Of a stretch of DNA of 64,000 nucleotides, positions 37,480 to 47,394 are shown piece after piece. How positions within the stretch are numbered: position 1 is the first letter of the stretch; the number at the start of each line of letters is the position of its first letter. This DNA is from Gammaproteobacteria bacterium. GTDB lineage: Bacteria > Pseudomonadota > Gammaproteobacteria > Pseudomonadales > Cellvibrionaceae. The notes below the pieces were generated by a model. That model saw nothing but the letters and a program-made list of their open reading frames with translations, ran no database searches and was not told the origin of the DNA. Where the stretch lies: the NCBI GenBank assembly GCA_025362015.1, contig JANYIO010000033.1:3586-67585 (forward strand). Reading direction: 5' to 3'. The translations under genes were made by a program, and so were the position numbers.

Positions 37480-37495
37480 CTGTATATATATCCAG
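37480..37495. promoter_or_regulatory. LexA (SOS) box
   Basis: CTGTATATATATCCAG matches CTG-N10-CAG, 16 bp upstream of the dinB ATG. Confidence 0.9.
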
Positions 37496-37511
37496 ACAAA
37501 TACCCAATTGC

Positions 37512-38573
37512 ATGCGCAAAATAATTCATATAGACGCTGACTGCTTTTATGCATCCGTGGAAATGCGTGATGACCCGTCTTTGCGTGGACGTCCCATCGC
37601 AGTCGGTGGAAGCTCTGATCATCGGGGTGTTATTTCAACCTGCAATTACGAAGCAAGGAGATTCGGCATTCACTCGGCTATGCCCTCCTCTACCGCAAAA
37701 CGTCTTTGTCCCGATATCCTGCTTCTACCACATCGCATGGACGTTTATAAAGAAGTCTCGCAGAAAATGCATCATATCTTTTACGATTACACTGAATTCG
37801 TTGAACCGCTTTCGCTCGATGAAGCGTTTCTCGATGTGAGTGAATCACAATTGCATAAAGGCAGCGCCACATTCATTGCACAGGAAATTCGCCAACGTAT
37901 TCGCGCTGAAGTAGGAATTACAGTTTCCGCAGGAATTGCACCGAATAAATTTTTGGCCAAAGTGGCCAGCGACTGGAATAAACCCAATGGACAATTTGTC
38001 ATCACACCCAATGACATCGACGCATTCATCGCAACACTTCCGGTGAAAAAGATCTATGGCGTGGGTAAGGCCATGAGCACCAAACTGGGGGAGTTGAATA
38101 TTTTCACGTGTGAGGATATCCAAAAGTTTTCTATTTTCGAACTCGCACAGCGCTTTGGACAAATGGGATCGCGTTTGTATAAATTAAGCAGAGGAATAGA
38201 TGACAGGGCTGTAGAAGTGGGTCGAAGACGAAAATCGCTAAGTGTAGAAAATACATTCACCCGTGATTTAACCAATGTTGATCAGTGTTTAAATGAACTG
38301 CCGTTACTCGGCCAGCAATTGATCACCCGATTACGCCGGGTTGATGATGATTACAAAGTCGTAAAATTGTTTGTCAAAATTAAATTTGCAGATTTTACGG
38401 CAACGACGATTGAGCGGAGTGCCTCTTCCGTATCGCTGGAGGAGCTTAATGAACTGTGTAGAGAAGCGCACGCGCGGAAGGGTTTAGCCGTTCGGCTGCT
38501 TGGGGTAGGCGTTAGCTTCGTTGACTTGCGGAACAGTAATGTTTTTCATCAATTAGATTTATTCAAATCATAA
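37512..38573 (+). CDS. dinB: DNA polymerase IV
   Basis: MRKIIHIDADCFYASVE, CNYEARRFG, SLDEAFLD, NKFLAKVASD and VRLLGVG. Confidence 0.97.
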   Translation: MRKIIHIDADCFYASVEMRDDPSLRGRPIAVGGSSDHRGVISTCNYEARRFGIHSAMPSSTAKRLCPDILLLPHRMDVYKEVSQKMHHIFYDYTEFVEPLSLDEAFLDVSESQLHKGSATFIAQEIRQRIRAEVGITVSAGIAPNKFLAKVASDWNKPNGQFVITPNDIDAFIATLPVKKIYGVGKAMSTKLGELNIFTCEDIQKFSIFELAQRFGQMGSRLYKLSRGIDDRAVEVGRRRKSLSVENTFTRDLTNVDQCLNELPLLGQQLITRLRRVDDDYKVVKLFVKIKFADFTATTIERSASSVSLEELNELCREAHARKGLAVRLLGVGVSFVDLRNSNVFHQLDLFKS

Positions 38574-38756
38574 ATGAAGCCAACATAATACCGCAGCAAG
38601 TCATGCATGCAGTAGCGTGAATTATCACACTGACTCGCTGCATATAAATGTCAACACTCGCAACAACGGGTTAGCGTCATCCTGTATGGAATGGCCATGT
38701 TGGATGTTTACAACCTACCTAAACGCAATATTTTTATATCACGCGAGGATCTTAAA

Positions 38757-38888
38757 ATGAGTCAACATCCTGAAGATAAAAGTAAAACAGATAAAAGTAA
38801 AAAATCGGCTGATAACAGCACCTCTGGAAAATCAAGCAATGTAAAAAGTGGCCATGGTAATGCTCGCGAAAAAAGTCCAAGGAAATAA
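38757..38888 (+). CDS. Putative 43-aa Lys/Ser-rich small protein
   Basis: GAGGA RBS at 38744, then MSQHPEDKSKTDKSKKS...EKSPRK; no recognised family. Confidence 0.4.
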   Translation: MSQHPEDKSKTDKSKKSADNSTSGKSSNVKSGHGNAREKSPRK

Positions 38889-39072
38889 ACTGGACGGAGG
38901 CTTCAGTGGAGACACTGAAGCCTCTATACACTGTCGCGTAAGATATTTGCGCGTAATCATGCTCTATACATCCGCCGTAAATAGAATGTTGCAACTGTAA
39001 ATAAATTAAATGTGAACTACGCGAGCCGCCTAATCCACATGTCAATTCTTAAGCCATCATTCTCTAAACTAT

Positions 39073-39456
39073 TTATTTAGGCACGATAATTACAGTGTTG
39101 CCGCTTGAACCCGCTGTGCCAGAACTACCCGTAGCACCTGCATCACCAGTCGCCCCGGTATCGCCAGTCGCACCTGTATCACCCGTTGCCCCGTTATTGC
39201 CTGTGTTTCCAGTATTGCCTGTGTTTCCGGTATTACCTGTATTGCCGGTATTACCTTTTTCTCCAGTTGCACCTTGCACGCCACTTACACCTTCGTTACC
39301 GGTCGCACCTTTGTTGCCAATCGCACCGTCGTTGCCAGCAGAGCCGGCCGCGCCTGCTGGACCAGGAACCGCGATTACAACTGTATCTGGATGACGTTCG
39401 CACGCCGTCAATGCAATAGAACCAACAAGAGCTAGTAAAAGAATAGAATTTTTCAT
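39073..39456 (-). CDS. Collagen-like (Gly-X-Y)30 lipoprotein
   Basis: [19 protein letters not shown] lipobox; 30 uninterrupted G-X-Y triplets from GPA to GNT, flanked by TVVIAVP and TVIIVPK. Confidence 0.85.
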   Translation of the reverse strand: MKNSILLLALVGSIALTACERHPDTVVIAVPGPAGAAGSAGNDGAIGNKGATGNEGVSGVQGATGEKGNTGNTGNTGNTGNTGNTGNNGATGDTGATGDTGATGDAGATGSSGTAGSSGNTVIIVPK

Positions 39457-39497
39457 AGGATGCCTTTTTTTAATGAGTTTAAATATAACCGCGCTTC

Positions 39498-39536
39498 TTC
39501 CGGCTGAGTGTTCCGGTTTAGTGTTCCGGCCGAGTG
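39498..39536. repeat. 13-bp tandem repeat x3
   Basis: TTCCGGCTGAGTG / TTCCGGTTTAGTG / TTCCGGCCGAGTG. Confidence 0.85.
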
Positions 39537-39834
39537 CCTTGAACGGCGCAAACAAATAAACAAGATTCGTTTTACTAAGAAAATGTTAATGTCTTTATTC
39601 GTCATGTAAATAGATGCATTATGAGGCGCCATAAAGACTTACTGAAAAAGGACAAACATTTCAAAGAAAATCGGCTTTCGTTTAATCTAAACATAACATA
39701 AGCCAAAAAGCTGATGCGCGCGGTGCGCCAGCGTACAAACAACGACAGTTCACGTCATTTGCAATTGAACCAATCATGCAGAAAAAGCTAAGCGTAAATT
39801 TTAAGTTTTCATACAGGCGCACAGGAGTTTGAAT

Positions 39835-40731
39835 ATGCAATTAACTCGACGAAATTTTTCAAAAATAATGGGTTCAGCATTTACCGCAAGCATGTTTGCA
39901 TATTCAGGGCTCGCAACAGCAACGGCAAAAAAATCTGCGGATGCTCTGACTGAAAAGCTGATTGAGATTGAAAATCAACTCGGTGCTCGCTTGGGTGTTG
40001 CAATTGTTGATACAGCAACTGGAAGACAATGGCTACATCGTTCGAACGAGCGATTTCCCATGTGTAGCACAGTTAAAATGCTTGCATGTGGGGCCGTGCT
40101 TGCACGAGTTGATGCCGGCAAAGAAGCGTTAAACCGACATATTCAATTCGATGCCAGTGATCTTATTGCGCATTCTCCCGTTACAGAAAAATATGTTGGT
40201 AATGAAGGTATGACGCTTGCAGAAATTTGCGAAGCCGCAATTACGCAAAGCGACAATACAGCTGCAAATATTATTCTGAAAAGTCTGGGCGGCCCTAAGG
40301 GCGTTACAGAATTTGCACGCACTATTGGGGATTCCATCACACAGCTTGATCGTATTGAAACTGAGCTCAATGAGGCAACACCTGGTGATGTGCGCGATAC
40401 GACAACACCGAGCGCTATGACCGCTAACTTACGCGCGCTAGTTTTGGGAAACAAGCTCTCCGAGAAATCACGCGAGCAATTAAAAAATTGGCTTATTGCC
40501 AACAAAACAGGTGATACAAAATTGCGAGCGGGACTACCGAAGGATTGGATCATCGGCGACAAAACCGGTGCAGGCGGACATGGAACAGTAAATGATATTG
40601 CGGTAATTTGGCCAACACATCGCAAGCCAGTGATTGTAAGTATTTACATTACGGAAACAAAAGCCTCGTTTGATGATTGCAATGCAGCCACTGCTGAAAT
40701 TGGTCGAGCATTAAAATCTGCATTAGAATAA
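39835..40731 (+). CDS. Class A serine beta-lactamase with twin-arginine-like signal
   Basis: AGGAG RBS; TRRNFSK signal; ERFPMCSTVK (SxxK), SDN, RIETELN (E166) and DKTG. Confidence 0.95.
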   Translation: MQLTRRNFSKIMGSAFTASMFAYSGLATATAKKSADALTEKLIEIENQLGARLGVAIVDTATGRQWLHRSNERFPMCSTVKMLACGAVLARVDAGKEALNRHIQFDASDLIAHSPVTEKYVGNEGMTLAEICEAAITQSDNTAANIILKSLGGPKGVTEFARTIGDSITQLDRIETELNEATPGDVRDTTTPSAMTANLRALVLGNKLSEKSREQLKNWLIANKTGDTKLRAGLPKDWIIGDKTGAGGHGTVNDIAVIWPTHRKPVIVSIYITETKASFDDCNAATAEIGRALKSALE

Positions 40732-40798
40732 TTAATTAAGATTAAAGGAATACAAGTTTCTACATTTATGAATAGCTAAATAATTTTTAAGTTTAAAT

Positions 40799-40830
40799 AA
40801 AAAAGCCGCTAAAATTTCAGCGGCTTTTTT
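40799..40830. terminator. Bidirectional terminator between the beta-lactamase gene and mdh
   Basis: AAAAAAGCCGCT...AGCGGCTTTTTT. Confidence 0.8.
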
Positions 40831-40848
40831 GGTGAAAAACGTAAAAAA

Positions 40849-41832
40849 TTACGCAGGCAATAAATCCTTCACTGCATCGCGCTCTTCTTGCAATTCTTTT
40901 TCAGTAGCTTGCATTTTTGCACGTGAGAATTCGTTAACAGTTAAGCCTTGTACAATTTCCCAATCGCCATTTTTGCAAGTGACTGGGAATGAATAAATCA
41001 AACCTTTATCAATGCCGTAGCTACCATCGCTATATACGCCCATGCTCACCCAATCATTTGCTGGAGTACCCAATGCCCAATCACGTACGTGATTGATTGC
41101 AGCGTTTGCAGCTGAAGCAGCTGAAGATGCACCACGTGCAGCAATAATTGCAGCACCGCGTTGTTGCACGGTAGGAATGTAATCTGCTGCATACCAAGTT
41201 TGGTCGATCAAGGTCATTGCTGATTTACCCTTAACTTTCGCTTCATGCAAATCCGGATATTGCGTTGATGAGTGGTTGCCCCAGATGGTCAAATTGGTGA
41301 TGTCATTAATACTAGTACCGGTTTTAGTTGCCAGTTGTGACAAGCCGCGGTTGTGATCCAAACGTGTCATAGCGGTGAATTGACGTGGGTTAATATTTGG
41401 TGCGTTGCGTTGTGCAATCAACGCGTTCGTATTCGCAGGGTTGCCCACGACTAATACTTTAATATTGCGCGAGGCATGATCGTCAATCGCTTGACCTTGC
41501 ACCGAGAAAATTGCAGCGTTAGCTGCCAGCAAATCTTTACGCTCCATGCCTGGGCCACGTGGACGAGCACCAACTAACAAAGCGTAATCAGAATTTTTAA
41601 AGGCAACAGTAGGGTCATCAGTCGTCACAATACCGGCCAATAATGGGAAGGCGCAGTCGTCCAATTCCATCGCCACGCCTTGCAAAGCTTTCAGGGCTGG
41701 CGTGATTTCTAACAATTGCAGAATCACTGGTTGATCTTTGCCCAACATATCGCCAGCGGCAATGCGGAACAACAGAGAATAACTAATTTGACCGGCGGCG
41801 CCAGTGACGGTAACTCTAACGGGTGATTTCAC
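40849..41832 (-). CDS. mdh: Malate dehydrogenase (type 2)
   Basis: [41 protein letters not shown] and WGNHS; GTG start. Confidence 0.97.
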   Translation of the reverse strand: MKSPVRVTVTGAAGQISYSLLFRIAAGDMLGKDQPVILQLLEITPALKALQGVAMELDDCAFPLLAGIVTTDDPTVAFKNSDYALLVGARPRGPGMERKDLLAANAAIFSVQGQAIDDHASRNIKVLVVGNPANTNALIAQRNAPNINPRQFTAMTRLDHNRGLSQLATKTGTSINDITNLTIWGNHSSTQYPDLHEAKVKGKSAMTLIDQTWYAADYIPTVQQRGAAIIAARGASSAASAANAAINHVRDWALGTPANDWVSMGVYSDGSYGIDKGLIYSFPVTCKNGDWEIVQGLTVNEFSRAKMQATEKELQEERDAVKDLLPA

Positions 41833-42018
41833 GATAAGACTCCATTTACAGGTAGTATGGGGTTGATAGACAAAAGCTTAGGGTTATTTTGCGCCAATTT
41901 TTACAGATAGAACGGGCGAGCATTATAGTGTTTCAGTAGGAATTTGCATCATATGGTTTATGATACATCGCCCTATTGCACCACTTATTTACTGACTAAT
42001 TTTTCGAGAGTTTGAATT

Positions 42019-42972
42019 ATGCGCATTTTTTTTACGACTGGCACCCTCCTCGCACTACTGCTATTTAACGCCTGCAGTAGTACCCCCGAAATACCCAACA
42101 AGGGAGCCAATCTAGATACGCTGGAAGCACAAGCAAACTATATTACCAGCAAAAATGTGTGCAAAAAAATGGCGGGAATGAATGTTAATCTCCTTGATAA
42201 GCCATTTTTACTTGGGGCATTTGATGTGCGCGATGGTATTGCCTCACGCGTGCCCGCAACGAGTTACGACGAGTTGCTCGACACCCTGCATAAAAATGCC
42301 TCACCCATTGCAAGTACTGTAGCCGTCACGGATGAAGACACCCCCGAATCCCCCAAGGGTTTACGCACTACGGAAGAGCGCTTAAGTTATTTAATTGCAC
42401 GAGCCATTGCGCAAACTTTTGGTAAAAGTGGCATCCCGGTTATGCCAGCTAGCATGGCACTGGGGTTAATGGATACACAAACAAAAGATGCGCCCAAAAT
42501 CTCGGCCGCAGAAGAAAAGAATATTCTTAAAATGATTAAAGAAAAAATTAAACAAACCGATAACGATTGGGCAGAAAATCGCCGTCACTATTATATCAAT
42601 GAAGAAAAAATGTTTTTTGCCGCCAACATTACCAAACCTGATGTGATTTCATTGGATTCTGGTATTCAGTATGCGCTGCTTAAAAAAGGTACTGGGAAAA
42701 CGCCCAAACCTAAGGATTCTGTTACCGTAAATTACAAAGGCTCGCTGTTAGACGGCACTGAATTTGACAGCAGCTATAAACGCAATAAACCTGATACCTT
42801 TAAATTAAGCGCGATGATTCCCGGTTTCACTCAAGCATTATCGCAAGTACCTCAAGGCTCTAGTGTAGTCATGTATATCCCCGCTGCCTTAGCTTATGGC
42901 GAAAAGGGAAATGATGTTATACCTCCCTATGCCGCGCTAGTATTTGAAGTGGACTTTCTTAGCATAAAATAA
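42019..42972 (+). CDS. FKBP-type peptidyl-prolyl isomerase lipoprotein with long N-terminal extension
   Basis: Lipobox FNAC; SGIQY, VNYKGSLLDGTEFDSSY, IPAALAYG and LVFEVDFL. Confidence 0.88.
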   Translation: MRIFFTTGTLLALLLFNACSSTPEIPNKGANLDTLEAQANYITSKNVCKKMAGMNVNLLDKPFLLGAFDVRDGIASRVPATSYDELLDTLHKNASPIASTVAVTDEDTPESPKGLRTTEERLSYLIARAIAQTFGKSGIPVMPASMALGLMDTQTKDAPKISAAEEKNILKMIKEKIKQTDNDWAENRRHYYINEEKMFFAANITKPDVISLDSGIQYALLKKGTGKTPKPKDSVTVNYKGSLLDGTEFDSSYKRNKPDTFKLSAMIPGFTQALSQVPQGSSVVMYIPAALAYGEKGNDVIPPYAALVFEVDFLSIK

Positions 42973-42978
42973 AGCTCC

Positions 42979-43040
42979 TTTTAATTAACATATAGAATCT
43001 TTTTATTAACCTATAGAGTCTCTTTAATTCATATAAAACC
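42979..43040. repeat. Degenerate 21-bp tandem repeat, about 3 copies
   Basis: TTTTAATTAACATATAGAATC / TTTTTATTAACCTATAGAGTC / TCTTTAATTCATATAAAACC. Confidence 0.6.
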
Positions 43041-43127
43041 AGCTGCTTTTATTATTGCTAGCACTCATTAAACAATTAAGGTAAATATGCATATACGTTT
43101 AAACCTTTTTACCTACATTACGAGAAA

Positions 43128-43676
43128 ATGATTATGAAAATTTTGGCTATCTGTGGCAGCTTGCGTAAAAAATCCACCAATATGGGGCTATTGCGTTATG
43201 CGCAAACAATTGCACCTGCAGGCATGGAAATATCCATTGCCGATTTGTCGGCAATGCCGTTTTACAATGCAGATATCACTGAAAAACCAGTGGCTGTTGT
43301 AGCTCTGTTAAATCAGATAGCCAATGCAGATGCATTTATTTTTGGTTGCACTGAATACAATTATTCGCTGGCACCCGCATTAAAAAATGCATTGGATTGG
43401 GCATCGCGCGAACCTGAGAATAAATTATTGAGCGGTAAAGCAGTTGCATTAATGGGTGCGGGCGGCGGGATGGGCACTTCACGTGCGCAATATCATATGC
43501 GTCAAACCTGTGTGTTTCTGAATCTTCACCCACTCAATAAACCTGAAGTTTTTGTCAATGCTTTTGCCAACACATTTGATGCCGAAGGCAATCTGACAGA
43601 TGAAAAAATTAAAGCTAATACTCAGGCACAATTAGTAGCGCTGGCAGAGTGGGTCAATACCCTTAAAAAACAGTAG
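43128..43676 (+). CDS. NAD(P)H-dependent FMN reductase (ChrR-like)
   Basis: GSLRKKSTN, EYNYSLAPALKNALDWASR and GGGMGTSRAQYH. Confidence 0.93.
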   Translation: MIMKILAICGSLRKKSTNMGLLRYAQTIAPAGMEISIADLSAMPFYNADITEKPVAVVALLNQIANADAFIFGCTEYNYSLAPALKNALDWASREPENKLLSGKAVALMGAGGGMGTSRAQYHMRQTCVFLNLHPLNKPEVFVNAFANTFDAEGNLTDEKIKANTQAQLVALAEWVNTLKKQ

Positions 43677-43907
43677 CATTAAAAAATAGTGACATTAAAA
43701 AATCGTAGCATTAAACATATCTCAGCAAAGAAACCCACAATAGCCTTCAGACTAATGCCGTTTTCTCCCATAAAAACGGCATCCCCTCCCGCCAAAAGAG
43801 TATTTATTTACTTGATGCTAGCATTTCGATAGCACTGGACTAATATTGAGTAAATAGATAAAAACACCATTCCTTTTAGGATGCCATGTTGCGCGAGTCA
43901 TATAATA

Positions 43908-45215
43908 ATGAATGAAGAGCAAAATCACTATTGTGTAAATCTTATTGAGGTCAATAAGAAACAGCGCGTTACCACGAGTCAAGCCATTTACAATGATCAA
44001 GGGGTATTGTTACTTGCCGAAGGTGCAGACCTTAACGAAAAACGCGCGCAAATTCTTCTTCAACATAAACTAATGAAACCACTGGAACACTGTATTGGTA
44101 TTGCCAGTAGTTTTGATGCCAAACAACTATTCGCATTATTAAATAAATTTGCTAATGATGTACCAGGATTGCTCGCAGTTACCGATAATGACGATTATCA
44201 AAAATCCCTGCGTAGCGCCTGTTTATTCTATGAAAAATTTCCACTATTGCAGCAAAACTTAACCGTGCTAGCACTACGTGCACCTACGATATATTTTCAG
44301 GGAATTTTTTGTGCTTTGGCGGGTTTGGCAATCGCCCTCAAATTAGACCTAAGCATTAAAGAACAACAGACAACTTTTATAGCAGGTTTATTTCACGATA
44401 TAGGTTTTTTGTATTTAGCCCCGGAACTGCGCGAAAAAACCCAGGGTTTTAGCAGTGAGGAATGGAAAGCACTTCAGGCCCATCCCATTATTGCCCAACG
44501 TTTTCTTAATTATGTGCCGGACTTACCTAAAGAAATAGGTATTGCGATTGTTGACCATCACGAACGTATCGATGGCACGGGTTATCCACGACATATTTTT
44601 GGTGATAAGTTAACTCCAGCAAGTCAAATCATCGCAGCCTCAGATAATATTCTCGTTAATTATCACCGTTACAAAGATTATGGCATCCATACTCATACCT
44701 TATTGTTAATAGCACTGAAGCTGAGCGATAACATTTATTTTGAACCTGTTTATAATGCCACACTGGTTTTACTTAAATACACACCTGAACCCACCACCCA
44801 CATTACGCAATCAGTATCAATTGAAAAATTATTAACACATCAAAAAATGCTGCAAAAACAATTTGAATACGTAAAACTGCTTGCACAACAACTCAATATA
44901 AACTCAAAAAACCCACAAGTTCGCTCTGTTAATGCCGTGATGGGAAGGCTCGCCATCGCCATTATTCGCAGCGGTATTTTGCAACCCGAACAAATTACCT
45001 GGCTCGAAACCTTTACCCATGGCCTTACCCCAGAACAGCATATGTCACTTGCAGAAGTCAGTGTTATGCTCGACCAAATTTTTGATCAGTTAGTACATCT
45101 CAAAAATTTAATGGAGCGCATTGTTGAGAATATTCCCCAGACCGAGAGCCAATTCAAAGAAGAGGCGGAACTAACGTTAAGCCATATTGTGTTAAATGCA
45201 ATGACTTCAATATAA
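43908..45215 (+). CDS. HD-GYP domain protein (c-di-GMP phosphodiesterase family)
   Basis: AGLFHDIG, HP, HHERIDGTGYP and IIAASD. Alternative start 43881. Confidence 0.85.
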   Translation: MNEEQNHYCVNLIEVNKKQRVTTSQAIYNDQGVLLLAEGADLNEKRAQILLQHKLMKPLEHCIGIASSFDAKQLFALLNKFANDVPGLLAVTDNDDYQKSLRSACLFYEKFPLLQQNLTVLALRAPTIYFQGIFCALAGLAIALKLDLSIKEQQTTFIAGLFHDIGFLYLAPELREKTQGFSSEEWKALQAHPIIAQRFLNYVPDLPKEIGIAIVDHHERIDGTGYPRHIFGDKLTPASQIIAASDNILVNYHRYKDYGIHTHTLLLIALKLSDNIYFEPVYNATLVLLKYTPEPTTHITQSVSIEKLLTHQKMLQKQFEYVKLLAQQLNINSKNPQVRSVNAVMGRLAIAIIRSGILQPEQITWLETFTHGLTPEQHMSLAEVSVMLDQIFDQLVHLKNLMERIVENIPQTESQFKEEAELTLSHIVLNAMTSI

Positions 45216-45258
45216 CTGCTTGTTACAATCTGTCAAATCACCTACAAAATCTCCTATT

Positions 45259-45696
45259 ATGAATACTTGGCACATCAATACAATTAACAACAAAACCAAC
45301 CACACCACTGAGTTTCTATCAGCTGAACGAGCTAACTTAAAATTAGCCGTTGAGGCCTGTGCAGGAAAAGCAATTAGTTTACTGGAAGACAATATTCAAG
45401 ATGAATCTCTCTACCTTTTATTTGAATGGGGCCCAGCCCGCTCCACCTTAACGGTAGTATTAACCGATGCAAGCAAGCAAAAAGATGCGCCGCATTGTGT
45501 CATTGGTGTATTTTCAGAATTAGAGACTAGAATAAGCCAACTCCATCAACCTGCACGAATAGAACAAACACATGCTGATAGCGAATTAATTAAATTTTGG
45601 CTGTTTGATTATTTAACAACTTGCACTGCATTTTTTAAATTTTCATTAGTCGCTATTTTCCATAGTAGTTCGCGAGACAACTCCGAACTGTTATAG
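45259..45696 (+). CDS. Hypothetical protein
   Basis: 146-aa ORF co-oriented between HD-GYP and the shikimate kinase gene; WLFDYLTTC motif. Confidence 0.65.
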   Translation: MNTWHINTINNKTNHTTEFLSAERANLKLAVEACAGKAISLLEDNIQDESLYLLFEWGPARSTLTVVLTDASKQKDAPHCVIGVFSELETRISQLHQPARIEQTHADSELIKFWLFDYLTTCTAFFKFSLVAIFHSSSRDNSELL

Positions 45697-45764
45697 CTTT
45701 CTGTGTAAAAATATTTTCGCTAATGTTTTTACAATCACACTAAACCTATCGTAGGGATTAACTT

Positions 45765-46295
45765 ATGAACTACTATCGTAATAGCTTAATATTAATTGGT
45801 ATGCCAGGCTCGGGAAAAAGCACCTCAGGATTATTATTAGCTAAATCATTGCAAAAGGACCTCGTGGACACCGACACCCTAATCCAAATAAGAAAAGATA
45901 ACACACCACAAAACATTTTAGATGAGCAAGGGTATTTAGGATTTCGGGAAATTGAAGAAGAGGTGTTATTAAATGCGCACTACCCCAACCATATTATAGC
46001 GACGGGTGGCAGCGCGGTGTACAGCGAAAAAGCTATGCATCACCTTAAACAATTTGGGCCTATTATATTTTTAGACGTTACCCTGCCTGAATTATTAAAT
46101 CGTATTCATAATATTGATACTCGCGGAATTACTCGACACCCCAAGCAAACGTTTGCAGACTTATTCGACGAGCGCCGCCCACTCTATGAAAAATACGCAG
46201 ATGTTACTATTGACTGTAACAATAAGACAGTTGAAAAAATTATCGACGAAATTATTTATCAAGAAGGCGAAGGTTTTGCCGAAAAAGATGCCTAA
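45765..46295 (+). CDS. Shikimate kinase family protein
   Basis: GMPGSGKST Walker A, DTD, FREIEE, IATGGS and ERRPLYEKYAD; not next to aroB. Confidence 0.85.
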   Translation: MNYYRNSLILIGMPGSGKSTSGLLLAKSLQKDLVDTDTLIQIRKDNTPQNILDEQGYLGFREIEEEVLLNAHYPNHIIATGGSAVYSEKAMHHLKQFGPIIFLDVTLPELLNRIHNIDTRGITRHPKQTFADLFDERRPLYEKYADVTIDCNNKTVEKIIDEIIYQEGEGFAEKDA

Positions 46296-46331
46296 TAAAT
46301 TGAGGCCGCCTTGAAAAACGGCCTTAATTTA

Positions 46332-47204
46332 TTATTTAGCATTAGGCTCAGTAGTATGTTGCGGTGGCTCACCTTCAGGTTTTGTTCCAGTTCCCCGCAA
46401 ACGAACCAACATTTTTAATAGATCAAACCAAAATGGGGCGCCAAATAATGAAGCCGAAGCTGTCACTAGCCAGCCGACAATTGCCGATGGATCTCTAAGC
46501 ATTGACAACGTAAAGTCCTCACCCCAGCCTATGGGTAAAGTCTGCAATTGCGTATAAGCATCAGTGACAAGCATTGGATTTGTTGTGGGTATACTAAGCT
46601 GCGCAATAAGAGCCGGATGCAACCAAAGAGTTTTGAATAACTGCACAGAATTAATATTAAAAACGACTGCTATTACAAATGCGATAACAAAACACCATAT
46701 TTGCGATTGTTTTTTGTAAGCACCGGAAACTCGCCCCATACCCGAATCAAACCAGGTCGCCAATTCATGTTGGAATCGATTGAGATCGCCCTTAACTTTT
46801 TGATGTAAACTCCGCAACAAACTACGTAGCTGTTCGTCTTTCACCGCATCAATATCTGCACTCAAGTTTTCAAAATTACCTGGCACTTCTTGAATAGAAT
46901 GGATAAGTGCCAATGCGAAATTTTTAGAAGGAATATACGCCGGCTTATTTTTAATGTCCTTTATATTTAACGCTACTCCGGTACCTAGCGGATGAGCTAA
47001 TAGATCATTGTAAATATTGAGTAGTAATGCCTCACCGCTACCGGATTTTGCATTTAACAAATGAGTCAATCCACACAGCAACGTTTTAGAGCGCAGATCT
47101 AACCATGAAGCTATAGCTTCATAAGTTGAGCTAGCGATTAGCGCTACTGAGGCGTAACAAAAGATGAGGCCAATGGCCACTTCAAGAACAGTACTGTTAA
47201 ACAT
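46332..47204 (-). CDS. Conserved hypothetical membrane protein
   Basis: N-terminal TM, helical middle region, WFDSGMGRVSG.YK, TLPIGW and C-terminal GAPFWFDLL. Confidence 0.75.
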   Translation of the reverse strand: MFNSTVLEVAIGLIFCYASVALIASSTYEAIASWLDLRSKTLLCGLTHLLNAKSGSGEALLLNIYNDLLAHPLGTGVALNIKDIKNKPAYIPSKNFALALIHSIQEVPGNFENLSADIDAVKDEQLRSLLRSLHQKVKGDLNRFQHELATWFDSGMGRVSGAYKKQSQIWCFVIAFVIAVVFNINSVQLFKTLWLHPALIAQLSIPTTNPMLVTDAYTQLQTLPIGWGEDFTLSMLRDPSAIVGWLVTASASLFGAPFWFDLLKMLVRLRGTGTKPEGEPPQHTTEPNAK

Positions 47205-47394
47205 AAATCACCTATATTACCCTATGGAATAAACTTGACTACGTAAGACACAAACCCACATTAAACCTACACAAGTAAGACACATGGATGTGTGTCAATT
47301 CCTTCAATTATGCTTCACTACTAAATTACTATTACTTGTACATCTCTTACTTTTACATCTCTTACTTTAGCGCTTACTTATACTTATGCCAGTA

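Noticed and set aside
39095-39419. Plus-strand Pro/Val-rich and Cys/Tyr-rich ORFs
   Set aside because: Antisense shadows of the collagen repeat codons.
40143-40625. 160-aa minus-strand ORF
   Set aside because: Antisense to the beta-lactamase gene, with no motif or RBS.
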